A DNA stretch of 60,802 nucleotides from an uncultured Bacteroidota bacterium (lineage in GTDB: Bacteria > Bacteroidota > Bacteroidia > Flavobacteriales > Flavobacteriaceae), in assembly GCA_903889745.1 (NCBI GenBank), contig CAISYO010000327.1, forward strand, positions 1 through 60,802, given 5' to 3'. The notes beneath the pieces were generated by a model that was not told where the DNA came from, searched no databases, and worked only from the letters and a program-made list of their open reading frames with translations. Shown here one piece after another: positions 28,080 through 38,411 of the stretch. Positions within the stretch are counted from its first letter, which is position 1. Every line of letters begins with the position of its first letter. A program made the position numbers and the translations under genes.

Positions 28080-29412
28080 AAAGCGCGTTTTTAATGTCTT
28101 TTACCATCTCACCAATGTCTCCAGCTCCAATTGTTATAAACACAGAAGCATCTGAATTTTTAAATGCAGTAATCAACTGATCCTTATTCACTAATTTTTT
28201 ATTGGGATTATTTATTTTTGTTAACAACCAACTCGAATTTATTCCTTTCATAGGTAATTCTCGTGCTGGATAAATCTCAAGTAAAAGTATCTCGTCAAAT
28301 TGCGCTAAGCTTTCGGCAAAACCATCGGCAAAATCTTTAGTTCGACTGAATAAATGCGGTTGAAAAGCTGCTATAATTTTCTTTCCTGGGTACAATTCGC
28401 GAACCGCTTGATGCACTGCGTTAATTTCAGTTGGATGATGTGCATAATCATCAATATACACTCTATTTTCTTCTCTTATTTGAAATGAAAAACGACGTCT
28501 AACTCCTTTAAAACTGGCTAAAGCAGCACAAATTTTATCATTGGAAACTCCATATGACTTTGCCATTGCAAAAGCCAATAACGCATTCGTTAAATTGTGA
28601 TGCCCAGGTAAACCAAATTTTACATTTGGCACTAATTCTGTTGGAGTTTTCACACCAAACACATAAAAACCATTTTCGATTCTAATATTTTGTGCCGAAA
28701 AATCAGCTTCATTAGTAACGCCTATGGTAATTCCTTCAAGAGGCAATCCGTTGATGATGTATAAATTTTCCTTTGGAGTTTTAGCTGCAAATTCTCTGAA
28801 TGAAGCTTCTATGTGTGCCGCATCTCCATAAATATCTAAATGGTCTGCATCCATTGAGGTTACACAAGAAACATTTGGATGTAAATGTAAAAACGAACGA
28901 TCAAACTCATCTGCTTCAACAACCGTAACTGTTTTTCCTGAACCAATTAGGTTTGAATTATAGTTTTCAACAATTCCGCCTAAAAAAGCAGTAACATCTA
29001 CTCCACTTTCATATAAAACATGTCCTAAAATACTTGATGTTGTTGTTTTTCCATGTGTTCCGGCTACTGCAAAACAATAGGTGTCTTTAGTTATTAAGCC
29101 AAGTACTTCGGCACGTTTTTTAATGGTATATTCTCGTTCTACAAAATAATTCCACTCAGAATGCGAAACAGGAACAGCAGGTGTAACTACAACCAATGTA
29201 TTTTCGCTATAGAAATCTTTTGGAATTAAATTAATAGTATCTTCAAAATGAATGGCTAAACCCAATGCTTGCAACTCGTCTGTTAATTGTGTTTCGGTTT
29301 TGTCATAACCCGCTACATTTTTTCCAATGTATTGAAAATAGCGCGCCAAAGCACTCATGCCGATGCCTCCGATGCCAATGAAATAGACGTTATGTATTTG
29401 GTTTAGGTTCAT
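28066..29412 (-). CDS. murC: UDP-N-acetylmuramate--L-alanine ligase
   Basis: GIGGIGMSALA, GTHGKTTTS, EADEFD, DDYAHHPTE. Confidence 0.97.
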   Translation of the reverse strand: MNLNQIHNVYFIGIGGIGMSALARYFQYIGKNVAGYDKTETQLTDELQALGLAIHFEDTINLIPKDFYSENTLVVVTPAVPVSHSEWNYFVEREYTIKKRAEVLGLITKDTYCFAVAGTHGKTTTSSILGHVLYESGVDVTAFLGGIVENYNSNLIGSGKTVTVVEADEFDRSFLHLHPNVSCVTSMDADHLDIYGDAAHIEASFREFAAKTPKENLYIINGLPLEGITIGVTNEADFSAQNIRIENGFYVFGVKTPTELVPNVKFGLPGHHNLTNALLAFAMAKSYGVSNDKICAALASFKGVRRRFSFQIREENRVYIDDYAHHPTEINAVHQAVRELYPGKKIIAAFQPHLFSRTKDFADGFAESLAQFDEILLLEIYPARELPMKGINSSWLLTKINNPNKKLVNKDQLITAFKNSDASVFITIGAGDIGEMVKDIKNALYEKN

Positions 29413-29420
29413 ATATTTTT

Positions 29421-29480
29421 GTTTCAGGTTTCAAGTTTGATTTGTTTCAGGTTATATACTTGAAACGTGGAACTTGAAAC
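29421..29480. repeat. Inverted pair of heptamer arrays between murG and murC
   Basis: GTTTCAG GTTTCAA GTTTGAT..GTTTCAG versus CTTGAAA CGTGGAA CTTGAAAC. Confidence 0.75.
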
Positions 29481-29482
29481 AT

Positions 29483-30601
29483 TTAAACTAATTTAACTAT
29501 CTCTTCAACAATATCTTTTGTTGCGTTTAGTTTCGCTAATTTTTTTATGTTTTGACTTAATTCTATTTGCAAATTTTCATTTGAAATTACATCTGAAAAT
29601 ATAGGTTCAAATTTTTCATTCAACTCGTTTTCTTTTAAAAGGATTGCTCCATTTTTATCTGCAATTGCTTTGGCATTTTTCGTTTGATGATCTTCTGATA
29701 CATTGGGCGATGGAATAAAAATCGTAGGCTTACCCACAATGCATAATTCCGAAACCGAAGATGCCCCTGAACGCGAAATAATTACATCTGCAGCAGCATA
29801 AACTAAATCCATTCGGTCAATAAACGCCATCACTTGCACTTTTGGTGATGGGTGATGGGTGATGGGTGATGGATGGTTGCCACTATCAAACTTTTTATAC
29901 TCTTCGAAATACAATTTTCCGCATTGCCAGATGATTTGACAGTTTTGATTTAAAAGAAAATCCAATTCTTTTTCAATTAATTGGTTAATTCTTCTTGCGC
30001 CTAAGCTTCCACCTAATATTACTATTGTTTTTTTAGATTCATCTAACTTAAAATAGGTATTTGCTTCACTTTTATCAGCTTGAACTAATAAATCTTGTCG
30101 CACTGGATTGCCTGTTAATATCATTTTATCCTTTGGAAAAAATCGTTCCAAATTTTCATAGGCAACACAAATTGCATTGGCTTTTTTTGCTAATAATTTA
30201 TTGGTTATTCCAGGATATGAATTTTGCTCTTGAATAACCGTTGGAATTCCTAATAACGATGCTACTTTTAATACCGCTCCGCTTGCAAAACCACCTGTGC
30301 CAATTACCACATTTGGTTTAAAACTTTTTATAATAAAAAAAGATTTCAACAAACTAGAAGCTAATTTTATTGGAAACAATGCGTTTTGAAAAGTTAATTT
30401 TCTTTGTAAACCTGCAATCCATAATCCTTTAATTTCATAGCCTGCTTGAGGCACTTTTTGCATTTCCATTTTATCTTGCGCGCCAACAAAAAGAAATTTA
30501 GCTTCAGGAAAACGCACTTTTAATTCATTGGCAATAGCTACTGCAGGATAGATATGTCCTCCTGTTCCGCCTCCGCTAATTATGAATCTTGGTTGTTGCA
30601 T
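29483..30601 (-). CDS. murG: Undecaprenyl-PP-MurNAc-pentapeptide GlcNAc transferase
   Basis: [14 protein letters not shown]-like QEQNS, GNPVR, GGSLGA, SRSGA, HQTKNA. Confidence 0.97.
   Translation of the reverse strand: MQQPRFIISGGGTGGHIYPAVAIANELKVRFPEAKFLFVGAQDKMEMQKVPQAGYEIKGLWIAGLQRKLTFQNALFPIKLASSLLKSFFIIKSFKPNVVIGTGGFASGAVLKVASLLGIPTVIQEQNSYPGITNKLLAKKANAICVAYENLERFFPKDKMILTGNPVRQDLLVQADKSEANTYFKLDESKKTIVILGGSLGARRINQLIEKELDFLLNQNCQIIWQCGKLYFEEYKKFDSGNHPSPITHHPSPKVQVMAFIDRMDLVYAAADVIISRSGASSVSELCIVGKPTIFIPSPNVSEDHQTKNAKAIADKNGAILLKENELNEKFEPIFSDVISNENLQIELSQNIKKLAKLNATKDIVEEIVKLV
29844..29878. repeat. In-frame (GGTGATG)4 array inside murG
   Basis: Four perfect copies at 29844-29871 plus a degenerate unit; encodes [12 protein letters not shown]. 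Confidence 0.9.
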
Positions 30602-31951
30602 TTATTCTTTATTTCTTACGCTGTTCATAGGATTTTGACCGTTATACAAACTATCTCCTTCGTCTTTACTTAATTCTTCTTTAATTGAATACTTCATTTC
30701 CTCCATTTTTTGCTGATTTTCATCAACTTCTTTTTCTTCATTTAGGGCAACTTGCGCATCTATTATTTGTTGTAACGCTTCGTCGCGTTTACGTTTTTCA
30801 TCTAAATCTAATGCGATTTCTTCTTCCTTTTTCGTAACACTTAATATAATTCCAATAGCTATGCAAGTCATCCAAAGAGAAGTTCCACCACTACTAATTA
30901 ATGGTAACGGCTGACCCGTAACTGGTAGTAATTCAACGGCAACACCCATATTTATGAATGCTTGAAAAATAATTGGGAAACCAAGTCCGATAATTAGCAG
31001 TTTTCCAAATAATGTCGTTGCTTTTTGGGCATCAATAATAAATCTTACGAAGAGTAGTAAATACAAAAATAAGATTCCTACAGCACCAATTAATCCGTAT
31101 TCTTCGACTATAATTGCGAAAATAAAATCGGAAGAAGATTGCGGAAGAAAATGTTTTTGCACACTTTTTCCAGGGCCAAGACCATAAATCTTACCAGAAG
31201 CTATGGCTATTTTTGCATTTTCAATTTGGTAATCATCATCATTTGGTTTGTCATCAAAAAAACTATCAATACGACTCATCCACGTATCAACACGATTGGG
31301 CATTGCATCTGGAAATGCTTTGGCAACCATGATAAAGAATAACAAACTTGCAAAACCAGCTCCAACTATAAAACCCAAATATTTTAAGGGATATTGCCCG
31401 ATGAAAACGAGCATGCAAACCATAGAAAATATCAAAGCAGTAGTAGAAAAATTAGCAGGAAGCACTAATGCTAAAACAGCAAATACAGGCAACCATAGTT
31501 CTAATAATGATTCTTTAAATGAATATTCTTTGTCGCTTACTTTAGCTAAATAACGAGCAACATAAATCATCAAAACAATAAATGCAATAGTTGATGTTTG
31601 AAAACTAATACCAACAAATGGAATTTGAATCCATCGACTAGCATTTGCCCCATCTATTACGGTTCCTTTAAATAAAGTATAAACTAATAATAATATTACT
31701 AGTGGAATTCCAAAAATAGATAATGCTTTAAAATAATGATACGGTGTTTTATGAACAAAAAATACAATAGTAAACCCCAACATAACGTGTATAAAATGTT
31801 TGAACAAATAACCTATTGTTGAACCTTTACCGATTACATAAACTAAATTTGTGCTGGCGCTATAAACTGGCAAAAAAGATACCAGAGCTAATAGAAACAC
31901 TATTGCCCAAATGGTTTTATCTCCTCTTATTTTACCAATGATATCGAACAT
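30602..31951 (-). CDS. ftsW: Peptidoglycan polymerase FtsW (SEDS family)
   Basis: ASRWI, SFQ, GLGPGKS, DFIFAIIVEEYG, TGQPLPLISSGGTS; dcw position. Confidence 0.94.
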   Translation of the reverse strand: MFDIIGKIRGDKTIWAIVFLLALVSFLPVYSASTNLVYVIGKGSTIGYLFKHFIHVMLGFTIVFFVHKTPYHYFKALSIFGIPLVILLLVYTLFKGTVIDGANASRWIQIPFVGISFQTSTIAFIVLMIYVARYLAKVSDKEYSFKESLLELWLPVFAVLALVLPANFSTTALIFSMVCMLVFIGQYPLKYLGFIVGAGFASLLFFIMVAKAFPDAMPNRVDTWMSRIDSFFDDKPNDDDYQIENAKIAIASGKIYGLGPGKSVQKHFLPQSSSDFIFAIIVEEYGLIGAVGILFLYLLLFVRFIIDAQKATTLFGKLLIIGLGFPIIFQAFINMGVAVELLPVTGQPLPLISSGGTSLWMTCIAIGIILSVTKKEEEIALDLDEKRKRDEALQQIIDAQVALNEEKEVDENQQKMEEMKYSIKEELSKDEGDSLYNGQNPMNSVRNKE

Positions 31952-31988
31952 TATCTTTTATTTTTTTACTATTCATTCAAATATAAAT

Positions 31989-32015
31989 GTGATTTCTCCT
32001 AGCGTCGAAATGACA
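31989..32015. repeat. Single REP-like palindromic unit between murD and ftsW
   Basis: GTGATTTCTCCTAGCGTCGAAATGACA; ATTTC/GAAAT stem with TGTC end on the minus strand; GC-rich relative to flanks. Confidence 0.45.
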
Positions 32016-32029
32016 ACACCAACAAAAAA

Positions 32030-33364
32030 TTACAAATTATAAATCGCTTGTTTGAATTGATTTCCTCTGTCTTCATAGTTTTCAAACAAGTCAAAACTTG
32101 CACATGCTGGAGATAAAAGCACTGTATCTCCTTTTTCTGCAATTCGTTTTGCAATTTGAACAGCTTCAGACATTGAAGTTGTTTCAACCATAATATCTAC
32201 TACATTATTAAATGCATTACTTATTTTGGCATTATCTACTCCAATGCAAATTATGGCTTTTACTTTTTCACGAACCAATGGCATTAATTCATCATAATCA
32301 TTTCCTTTGTCAACACCTCCAACTATCCAAACCGTAGGTGTCGACATGCTGTCTAATGCATAAAAAACCGAATTTACATTAGTTGCTTTTGAATCATTAA
32401 TATACTGTACACCTTGTATTTTTAATACTTTTTCTAAACGGTGTTCTGCACCTTGAAAATTAGTCAAACTTTCTCTAATGGTTTGTTTTCTAATATTCAA
32501 CAACTGAGCAACAGCAGTTGCTGCCATTGCATTTTTAATGTTGTGTTTTCCTTCTAAGGCTAATTCGTTTATTTGCATAGTAAATATTTCTTTATTAATC
32601 GTGCTATTTATTTTGTTTTCTTCTAAAAAGGCTCCATTATTTTCAAGCTTTTCTGAAAGCGAGAAGGGTACTTTATTTGCTTTAATTGTATTATTTGTTA
32701 ACCAATTATGGATGGCTTCATCTTCATAATCATAAATTAGATAATCAGCTTCCGTTTGGTTTTTTGTTATTCTAAATTTTGATGCGATGTATAAACTATA
32801 ATCATAATTGTATCGATCTAAATGATCTGGGCTAATATTTGTAATGATGGCAATATGTGGTTTATAATTAATAATACCGTCTAATTGAAAACTGCTCAAT
32901 TCTAATACATAAACATCGTGCTTATTTTCGGCTACTTGCCAGGCAAAGCTTTTTCCGATATTTCCTGCTAAACCCACATTTAAACCGCCTTGCTTTAAAA
33001 CATGATAGGTTAATAATGTGGTAGTAGTTTTTCCGTTACTGCCTGTAATTCCTACGGTTATTGCATTGGTAAACTGTGCTGCAAACTCAATTTCAGAAAT
33101 AACTGAAATTCCTTTTTCGATGAGTTTTTTTACAATAGGTGCTTTCTCAGGAATACCAGGACTTTTCATTACTACATCGGCATTCAGAATTAATGCTTCT
33201 GTATGCTTTTCATCTTCCCAGATAATTTCATTATTTGTAAGAACTTCTTTATAACTGTCTTTTATTTTTCCATAATCGGAAACAAAAACATCATATCCTT
33301 TTTGTTTCCCTAAAATTGCGGTACCAACTCCACTTTCTCCACCACCCAAAACAACCAATCGCAT
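32030..33364 (-). CDS. murD: UDP-N-acetylmuramoyl-L-alanine--D-glutamate ligase
   Basis: GGGESG, KSPGIP, TGSNGKTTT, ELSSFQL, NDSKATN, LSPACASFD. Confidence 0.97.
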   Translation of the reverse strand: MRLVVLGGGESGVGTAILGKQKGYDVFVSDYGKIKDSYKEVLTNNEIIWEDEKHTEALILNADVVMKSPGIPEKAPIVKKLIEKGISVISEIEFAAQFTNAITVGITGSNGKTTTTLLTYHVLKQGGLNVGLAGNIGKSFAWQVAENKHDVYVLELSSFQLDGIINYKPHIAIITNISPDHLDRYNYDYSLYIASKFRITKNQTEADYLIYDYEDEAIHNWLTNNTIKANKVPFSLSEKLENNGAFLEENKINSTINKEIFTMQINELALEGKHNIKNAMAATAVAQLLNIRKQTIRESLTNFQGAEHRLEKVLKIQGVQYINDSKATNVNSVFYALDSMSTPTVWIVGGVDKGNDYDELMPLVREKVKAIICIGVDNAKISNAFNNVVDIMVETTSMSEAVQIAKRIAEKGDTVLLSPACASFDLFENYEDRGNQFKQAIYNL

Positions 33365-33365
33365 A

Positions 33366-34586
33366 CTATCTCAATTTTAATGATACCAATGAGAAAATTG
33401 CCAATAGAATTCCAACAATCCAAAAACGGGTGACTATTCTACTTTCGTGATATCCTTTCTTTTGATAATGATGGTGTAAAGGAGACATCAAGAAAATACG
33501 TCTTCCTTCTCCAAATTTCTTTTTCGTATATTTAAAATAACTTACTTGGATAATCACCGATAGGTTTTCAGCTAAGAAAATTCCACAAACTACCGGAATC
33601 ATTAATTCTTTTCGAATAGCAATTGCAATAACTGCTATAATTCCACCAATGGTTAAACTTCCTGTATCGCCCATAAAAACAGATGCTGGATACGCATTGT
33701 ACCAAAGAAATCCAACTAAAGCTCCTACAAAAGCAGCAATGTAAACGGTCATTTCTCCTGAATTTGGGATGTACATAATGTTCAAATAATCGGAAAAAAT
33801 GATGTTTCCAGAAACGAAGGTGAATAAACCGAGTGTTAATACCGAAATTGCAGAAGTCCCTGCGGCTAAACCATCTATTCCATCGGTTAAATTAGCTCCG
33901 TTTGAAACCGCTGTAATGATCAAAATCACCATTGGAATAAAGATCAACCAAGCATAACTTTTATAATCATCTCCCATAAATGAAAGTACTTCAGCATAGT
34001 CAAACTCGTTGTTTTTCATAAACGGAATCGTAGTTGCTGTTGATCTTTCCTCTAAATCTGAAGGTTTTATATTGTTTTCAATTTTTACTCTTGAAGTCAA
34101 TGTATCTTTTCTAACCGTAACATCTGGACTTAAATACAACACGGTTCCAACAATTAATCCTAAACCAACTTGTCCAATTACCTTAAAAATTCCTTTTAAA
34201 CCTTGTTTGTCTTTTTTAAATATTTTAATGTAATCATCAATGAAACCAATAGTTCCCATCCAAATGGTAGTCACAATTAGTAAAATGATATAAATATTAT
34301 TCAATTTTGCTAATAATAATACCGGAATTAAAGTTGCTAGAATAATGATAATTCCACCCATTGTAGGTGTTCCAGCTTTTGCGGTTTGTCCTTCTAATCC
34401 TAGTTCGCGTACCGTTTCACCTACTTGTTGATTTCTTAAATAATTGATGATTTTTTTTCCGTAAATCGTAGCAATTAATAACGATAAAATAAATGCCAAT
34501 GCCGAGCGAAAAGTAATGTATTGAAATACACCTGCCCCTGGAACATCAAATGCTTTGTCTAAGTGTTGAAAAATATAGTATAACAT
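33366..34586 (-). CDS. mraY: Phospho-N-acetylmuramoyl-pentapeptide transferase
   Basis: [35 protein letters not shown]. Confidence 0.97.
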   Translation of the reverse strand: MLYYIFQHLDKAFDVPGAGVFQYITFRSALAFILSLLIATIYGKKIINYLRNQQVGETVRELGLEGQTAKAGTPTMGGIIIILATLIPVLLLAKLNNIYIILLIVTTIWMGTIGFIDDYIKIFKKDKQGLKGIFKVIGQVGLGLIVGTVLYLSPDVTVRKDTLTSRVKIENNIKPSDLEERSTATTIPFMKNNEFDYAEVLSFMGDDYKSYAWLIFIPMVILIITAVSNGANLTDGIDGLAAGTSAISVLTLGLFTFVSGNIIFSDYLNIMYIPNSGEMTVYIAAFVGALVGFLWYNAYPASVFMGDTGSLTIGGIIAVIAIAIRKELMIPVVCGIFLAENLSVIIQVSYFKYTKKKFGEGRRIFLMSPLHHHYQKKGYHESRIVTRFWIVGILLAIFSLVSLKLR

Positions 34587-34619
34587 AATATTTGCTTAGT
34601 TTTAAAGGTTAATGTTGGC

Positions 34620-36083
34620 TTATTTATTTAGTTGTTGTAATAATTCGGTTACTATTTGTAAATCATCAAAATCATATTTCACTCCATTTATTTCTTGATA
34701 CGTTTCATGACCTTTTCCAGCAATTAAAATAATGTCATTTGGATTTGCTAATTGACAGGCCGTTTTAATGGCTTGTTTTCTATCTAAAATGGAAATTGTC
34801 TTTTTGAAATTTTGAGGTTCAACTCCTTTTTCCATTTCTTGAATGATTGATTCTGGATTTTCAGTTCTTGGATTATCAGATGTAAAAATGGCTTTGTCGC
34901 TTAATGTTGAAGCAATATTTGCCATTACTGGTCGTTTAGTTTTGTCTCGATCGCCACCACAACCCACAACTGTAATAAGCTGTTCGTTTTTAGTGCGAAT
35001 ATTTTCTATTGTTTGCAACACATTCTCTAAAGCATCAGGCGTATGTGCATAATCTACAATAGCCGTAATTTTGGAATCGGAAACAATAAACTGAAATCGT
35101 CCAGAAACACTTTCTAACTCTGAAAGCAATCGTAACGCCTCAAATTGTTCAATTCCCAATTCAACTGCAACGGCATAAATAGCTAATAAATTATAGGCAT
35201 TGAATGATCCAATTAATTTAACCCAAACTTCATTATCATTAATTTTTAGCAATAATCCTGATAATTGATTTTCGAGAATTTGAGCTTTATAATCGGCATA
35301 CGATTTTAGCGCATAAGTGATTTTTTTTGCCTTTGTGTTTTGAAGCATTACTACTCCATTTTTATCATCGGAATTTGAAATTGCAAAAGCTGATTTTGGC
35401 AAATAATCAAAAAACGACTTTTTTACATCGCGATATTCGGCAAAGGTGTTATGATAATCTAAATGATCGTGTGATAAATTGGTGAAAACACCTCCCGCAA
35501 ATTGAAGAGCGGCTGTTCTTTTTTGATGAATTCCGTGTGAACTCACTTCCATGAAACAAAATTCGCAACCTTCTTGAACCATTTGGTCCAAATAATAATT
35601 TAACGTCAGTGAATCTGGAGTCGTGTGTGTTGCTTTAAACTCTTCGGTATCCACCATAATTTTAACCGTTGAAAGTAATCCAACTTTATATCCTGCCTTT
35701 TTAAATAACTGATATAATAATGAAGCGATTGTTGTTTTACCATTGGTACCCGTTACGCCTACCAGTTTAATTTTCTCAGATGGATTATCATAAAAATTAG
35801 CCGATAAATACGCTAAAGCCTCATTTGTATCGTTAACTTTAACATAAGTTATATTTTCGGCTAAAACTTTTGGGAATTCCTCGCAAATAATCACGCATGC
35901 ACCAAGTGAAATTGCTTTTTCAATATAATCATGACCGTCTGAAAGTGTTCCTTTTATCGCCACAAAAGCAGTATTTGATTCCACTTTTCTAGAATCAAAT
36001 TCAATTTTTGATATAGTTACATCGGTAGCTCCATGAACTGCTTCAATGCTAACTCTATATAATATGTCTTTTAGGCGTTTCAC
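34620..36083 (-). CDS. murE: UDP-MurNAc-dipeptide--diaminopimelate ligase
   Basis: TGTNGKTT, MEVSSH, DHLDYH, DYAHTPD, DNPR (meso-DAP specificity), AGKGHE. Confidence 0.97.
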   Translation of the reverse strand: MKRLKDILYRVSIEAVHGATDVTISKIEFDSRKVESNTAFVAIKGTLSDGHDYIEKAISLGACVIICEEFPKVLAENITYVKVNDTNEALAYLSANFYDNPSEKIKLVGVTGTNGKTTIASLLYQLFKKAGYKVGLLSTVKIMVDTEEFKATHTTPDSLTLNYYLDQMVQEGCEFCFMEVSSHGIHQKRTAALQFAGGVFTNLSHDHLDYHNTFAEYRDVKKSFFDYLPKSAFAISNSDDKNGVVMLQNTKAKKITYALKSYADYKAQILENQLSGLLLKINDNEVWVKLIGSFNAYNLLAIYAVAVELGIEQFEALRLLSELESVSGRFQFIVSDSKITAIVDYAHTPDALENVLQTIENIRTKNEQLITVVGCGGDRDKTKRPVMANIASTLSDKAIFTSDNPRTENPESIIQEMEKGVEPQNFKKTISILDRKQAIKTACQLANPNDIILIAGKGHETYQEINGVKYDFDDLQIVTELLQQLNK

Positions 36084-38059
36084 GATAATTCGATTATAAT
36101 AGTTTGATTTTTATTAAATTTTTGTCCCGAGGTAATGGATTGTTTTTTCACTCTTCCGATACCAACTACTTTTACTTTTAACCCTAAATTTTCTAATAAA
36201 GCAACAGCATCCATAGCTTCCATCCCTTTTACATTAGGAACAATTTGACCTTCTTTTACAACTTCTTGGTAATAATTTGCATATTTTTTTTCTTGAGACA
36301 CCACTTTTGCATCGATGTTTTTAACATGATTGGTAGCTGGAGAATCGGTAAATATTTTTTGTGCGATTCTTTTAAATACAGGACCGGAAACATCGGCACC
36401 ATAATATCCTACGGTTTTATCTGGCTTATGAATTACAACAATACATGAATATTTAGGCTGAACAGCTGGAAAATAGCCAACAAATGATGAAGCATAATAC
36501 ATATCGGGTTTTCCATAATTAACTTGGGCTGTTCCGGTTTTTCCCGACATTGAAAAATCTTTTGAGTATAATTTTGAACCCGTTCCTCTTTTTACCACAT
36601 TCTCTAAAACTACCTGAACTTTACCTAGTGTTTCTTGTGAGCAAATTTTTGGATTAATAACTTCAGTATTGAATTTTTTAATGGTTTTATTCCATTCTTT
36701 TACCTCGCTCACAAAAATAGGTTTCACCATAACACCATTATTAGCTACCGCATTATACATGGTTAATGTTTGTAATGGAGTTACTGACAAGCCATAACCA
36801 AAAGCCATCCAAGGTAAACTTGTTCCCGACCAACCGCTAGTGCCTGGATAAGGTATATAGGCTCTACCTTCACCTTTTATTGGTAAACCAAGCGGTTTAT
36901 GTAATCCATAACTTCTAATTCGATCTACAAATTGTTTTGGATTATTTTTATAATTATTATAAACCGATTGTACTAATACTGTGTTTGACGAAACTTCAAA
37001 ACCTCTAGCTAACGATATTTTACCATAGCCTCCTTTATGAGAATCTCTTACCCAACTTCCGTAATATTGAATTTGACCACCTCTTGAATCATAAACAGTA
37101 CTCGTGTCTGCTTTTTTATCGTCTAAAACCGCAATTAAATCAAGTAACTTAAAAGTAGATCCTGGCTCATGAGTTTCGTTTATGGCATAATTTTGGGTTT
37201 CAAAATAAGACCCATCTTCAGCTCTTCCTAGATTGGCAATCGCTTTAATATGACCTGTTTTAGTTTCCATAACCACCACACATCCATGATCTGCTTTGTA
37301 AATTTCTAATTGTTTTAATAAAGCGTGATGTGCAATGTCTTGAATATATACATCAATGGTTGAAATAATATCATAACCATCTTGCGGATCTTTCTCATTG
37401 ACATCACCGATAGGTTTCCACTGATTTTTTGCAATTTTTTGCATCATTCTGTGGCCATTTTTTCCATTCAAATAATCTCTAAAAGCATATTCAAGACCCT
37501 TTCCATCTTCATTTGAACGTTCATAACCAATAGTTCGTTTTGCAACTAAACCAATAGGATGTTCACGAACCGTTTTTTGTTCAATAATAATTCCTCCTTT
37601 ATTTGCACCTTTATTAAATAACGGAAAGGATTTTAAACGCACTTGTTCAGTATAACTTAGTTTTTTTGCGATGAAAACATACCGACTTTTATTGGCTCTT
37701 GCCTTTTGTAATTTTGCCTGATAGAAACCTGCTGGCTTACCAAACATTACTGACAATGAATCTGAAAGGTCTTTTAAATTATCTCTAAAATGTTCGTCAG
37801 AAGGCACTACAGCATCAAAATACACTGCATATTCAGGAATTGACGTTGCTAATAAACTTCCGTCTGCAGAGTATACATTGCCTTTATTTGCTGGAATTGG
37901 AAAGTTTTTAACGGTACGTTTATTTCCTAAATTTCTATAATACTTTCCTTCAACCCACTGAATATTATTGAGTTTAATCAAAACAAAGACAGCCATCATA
38001 AAAAATAAGAAGGCTACAAAATACATGCGATACGATATTTTTTTATCTTCTATTGCCAT
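36080..38059 (-). CDS. ftsI: Class B penicillin-binding protein with C-terminal PASTA domain
   Basis: EPGSTFK (SxxK), SSN (SxN), KTGT; dcw position. Confidence 0.92.
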   Translation of the reverse strand: MAIEDKKISYRMYFVAFLFFMMAVFVLIKLNNIQWVEGKYYRNLGNKRTVKNFPIPANKGNVYSADGSLLATSIPEYAVYFDAVVPSDEHFRDNLKDLSDSLSVMFGKPAGFYQAKLQKARANKSRYVFIAKKLSYTEQVRLKSFPLFNKGANKGGIIIEQKTVREHPIGLVAKRTIGYERSNEDGKGLEYAFRDYLNGKNGHRMMQKIAKNQWKPIGDVNEKDPQDGYDIISTIDVYIQDIAHHALLKQLEIYKADHGCVVVMETKTGHIKAIANLGRAEDGSYFETQNYAINETHEPGSTFKLLDLIAVLDDKKADTSTVYDSRGGQIQYYGSWVRDSHKGGYGKISLARGFEVSSNTVLVQSVYNNYKNNPKQFVDRIRSYGLHKPLGLPIKGEGRAYIPYPGTSGWSGTSLPWMAFGYGLSVTPLQTLTMYNAVANNGVMVKPIFVSEVKEWNKTIKKFNTEVINPKICSQETLGKVQVVLENVVKRGTGSKLYSKDFSMSGKTGTAQVNYGKPDMYYASSFVGYFPAVQPKYSCIVVIHKPDKTVGYYGADVSGPVFKRIAQKIFTDSPATNHVKNIDAKVVSQEKKYANYYQEVVKEGQIVPNVKGMEAMDAVALLENLGLKVKVVGIGRVKKQSITSGQKFNKNQTIIIELS

Positions 38060-38406
38060 ATTTTTAATTTATCCCAAAAACTCTTTTTATCTTTTTTACT
38101 TTCAACTATAATCTTTGTTGGCGGTTCTTCAGAAGGAAAAATTTGACGTACTTCCATTTTTTTTTCCACTGTAGATTCCATTTTTAACTTCATCAATTCA
38201 GAACGACGATCTACAAATTCAGAACGTAATTCTTTAACCTGATTAGTTAATTCGGTAATTTTATAATTTTTGGCATCATACTGATGATTATTAGCAATCA
38301 TAATCATACCTAAAATCACTAAAAAAACGATGAACTTCCAATTCTTAAGTGCATCATCACTAATAAGAAACTTAGCTTTTAATAAACTGTAAACTCCGTT
38401 TTTCAT
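38050..38406 (-). CDS. ftsL: FtsL-like cell division protein
   Basis: TM helix plus coiled coil (VKELRSE); between rsmH and ftsI. Confidence 0.8.
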   Translation of the reverse strand: MKNGVYSLLKAKFLISDDALKNWKFIVFLVILGMIMIANNHQYDAKNYKITELTNQVKELRSEFVDRRSELMKLKMESTVEKKMEVRQIFPSEEPPTKIIVESKKDKKSFWDKLKIWQ

Positions 38407-38411
38407 TCCTA

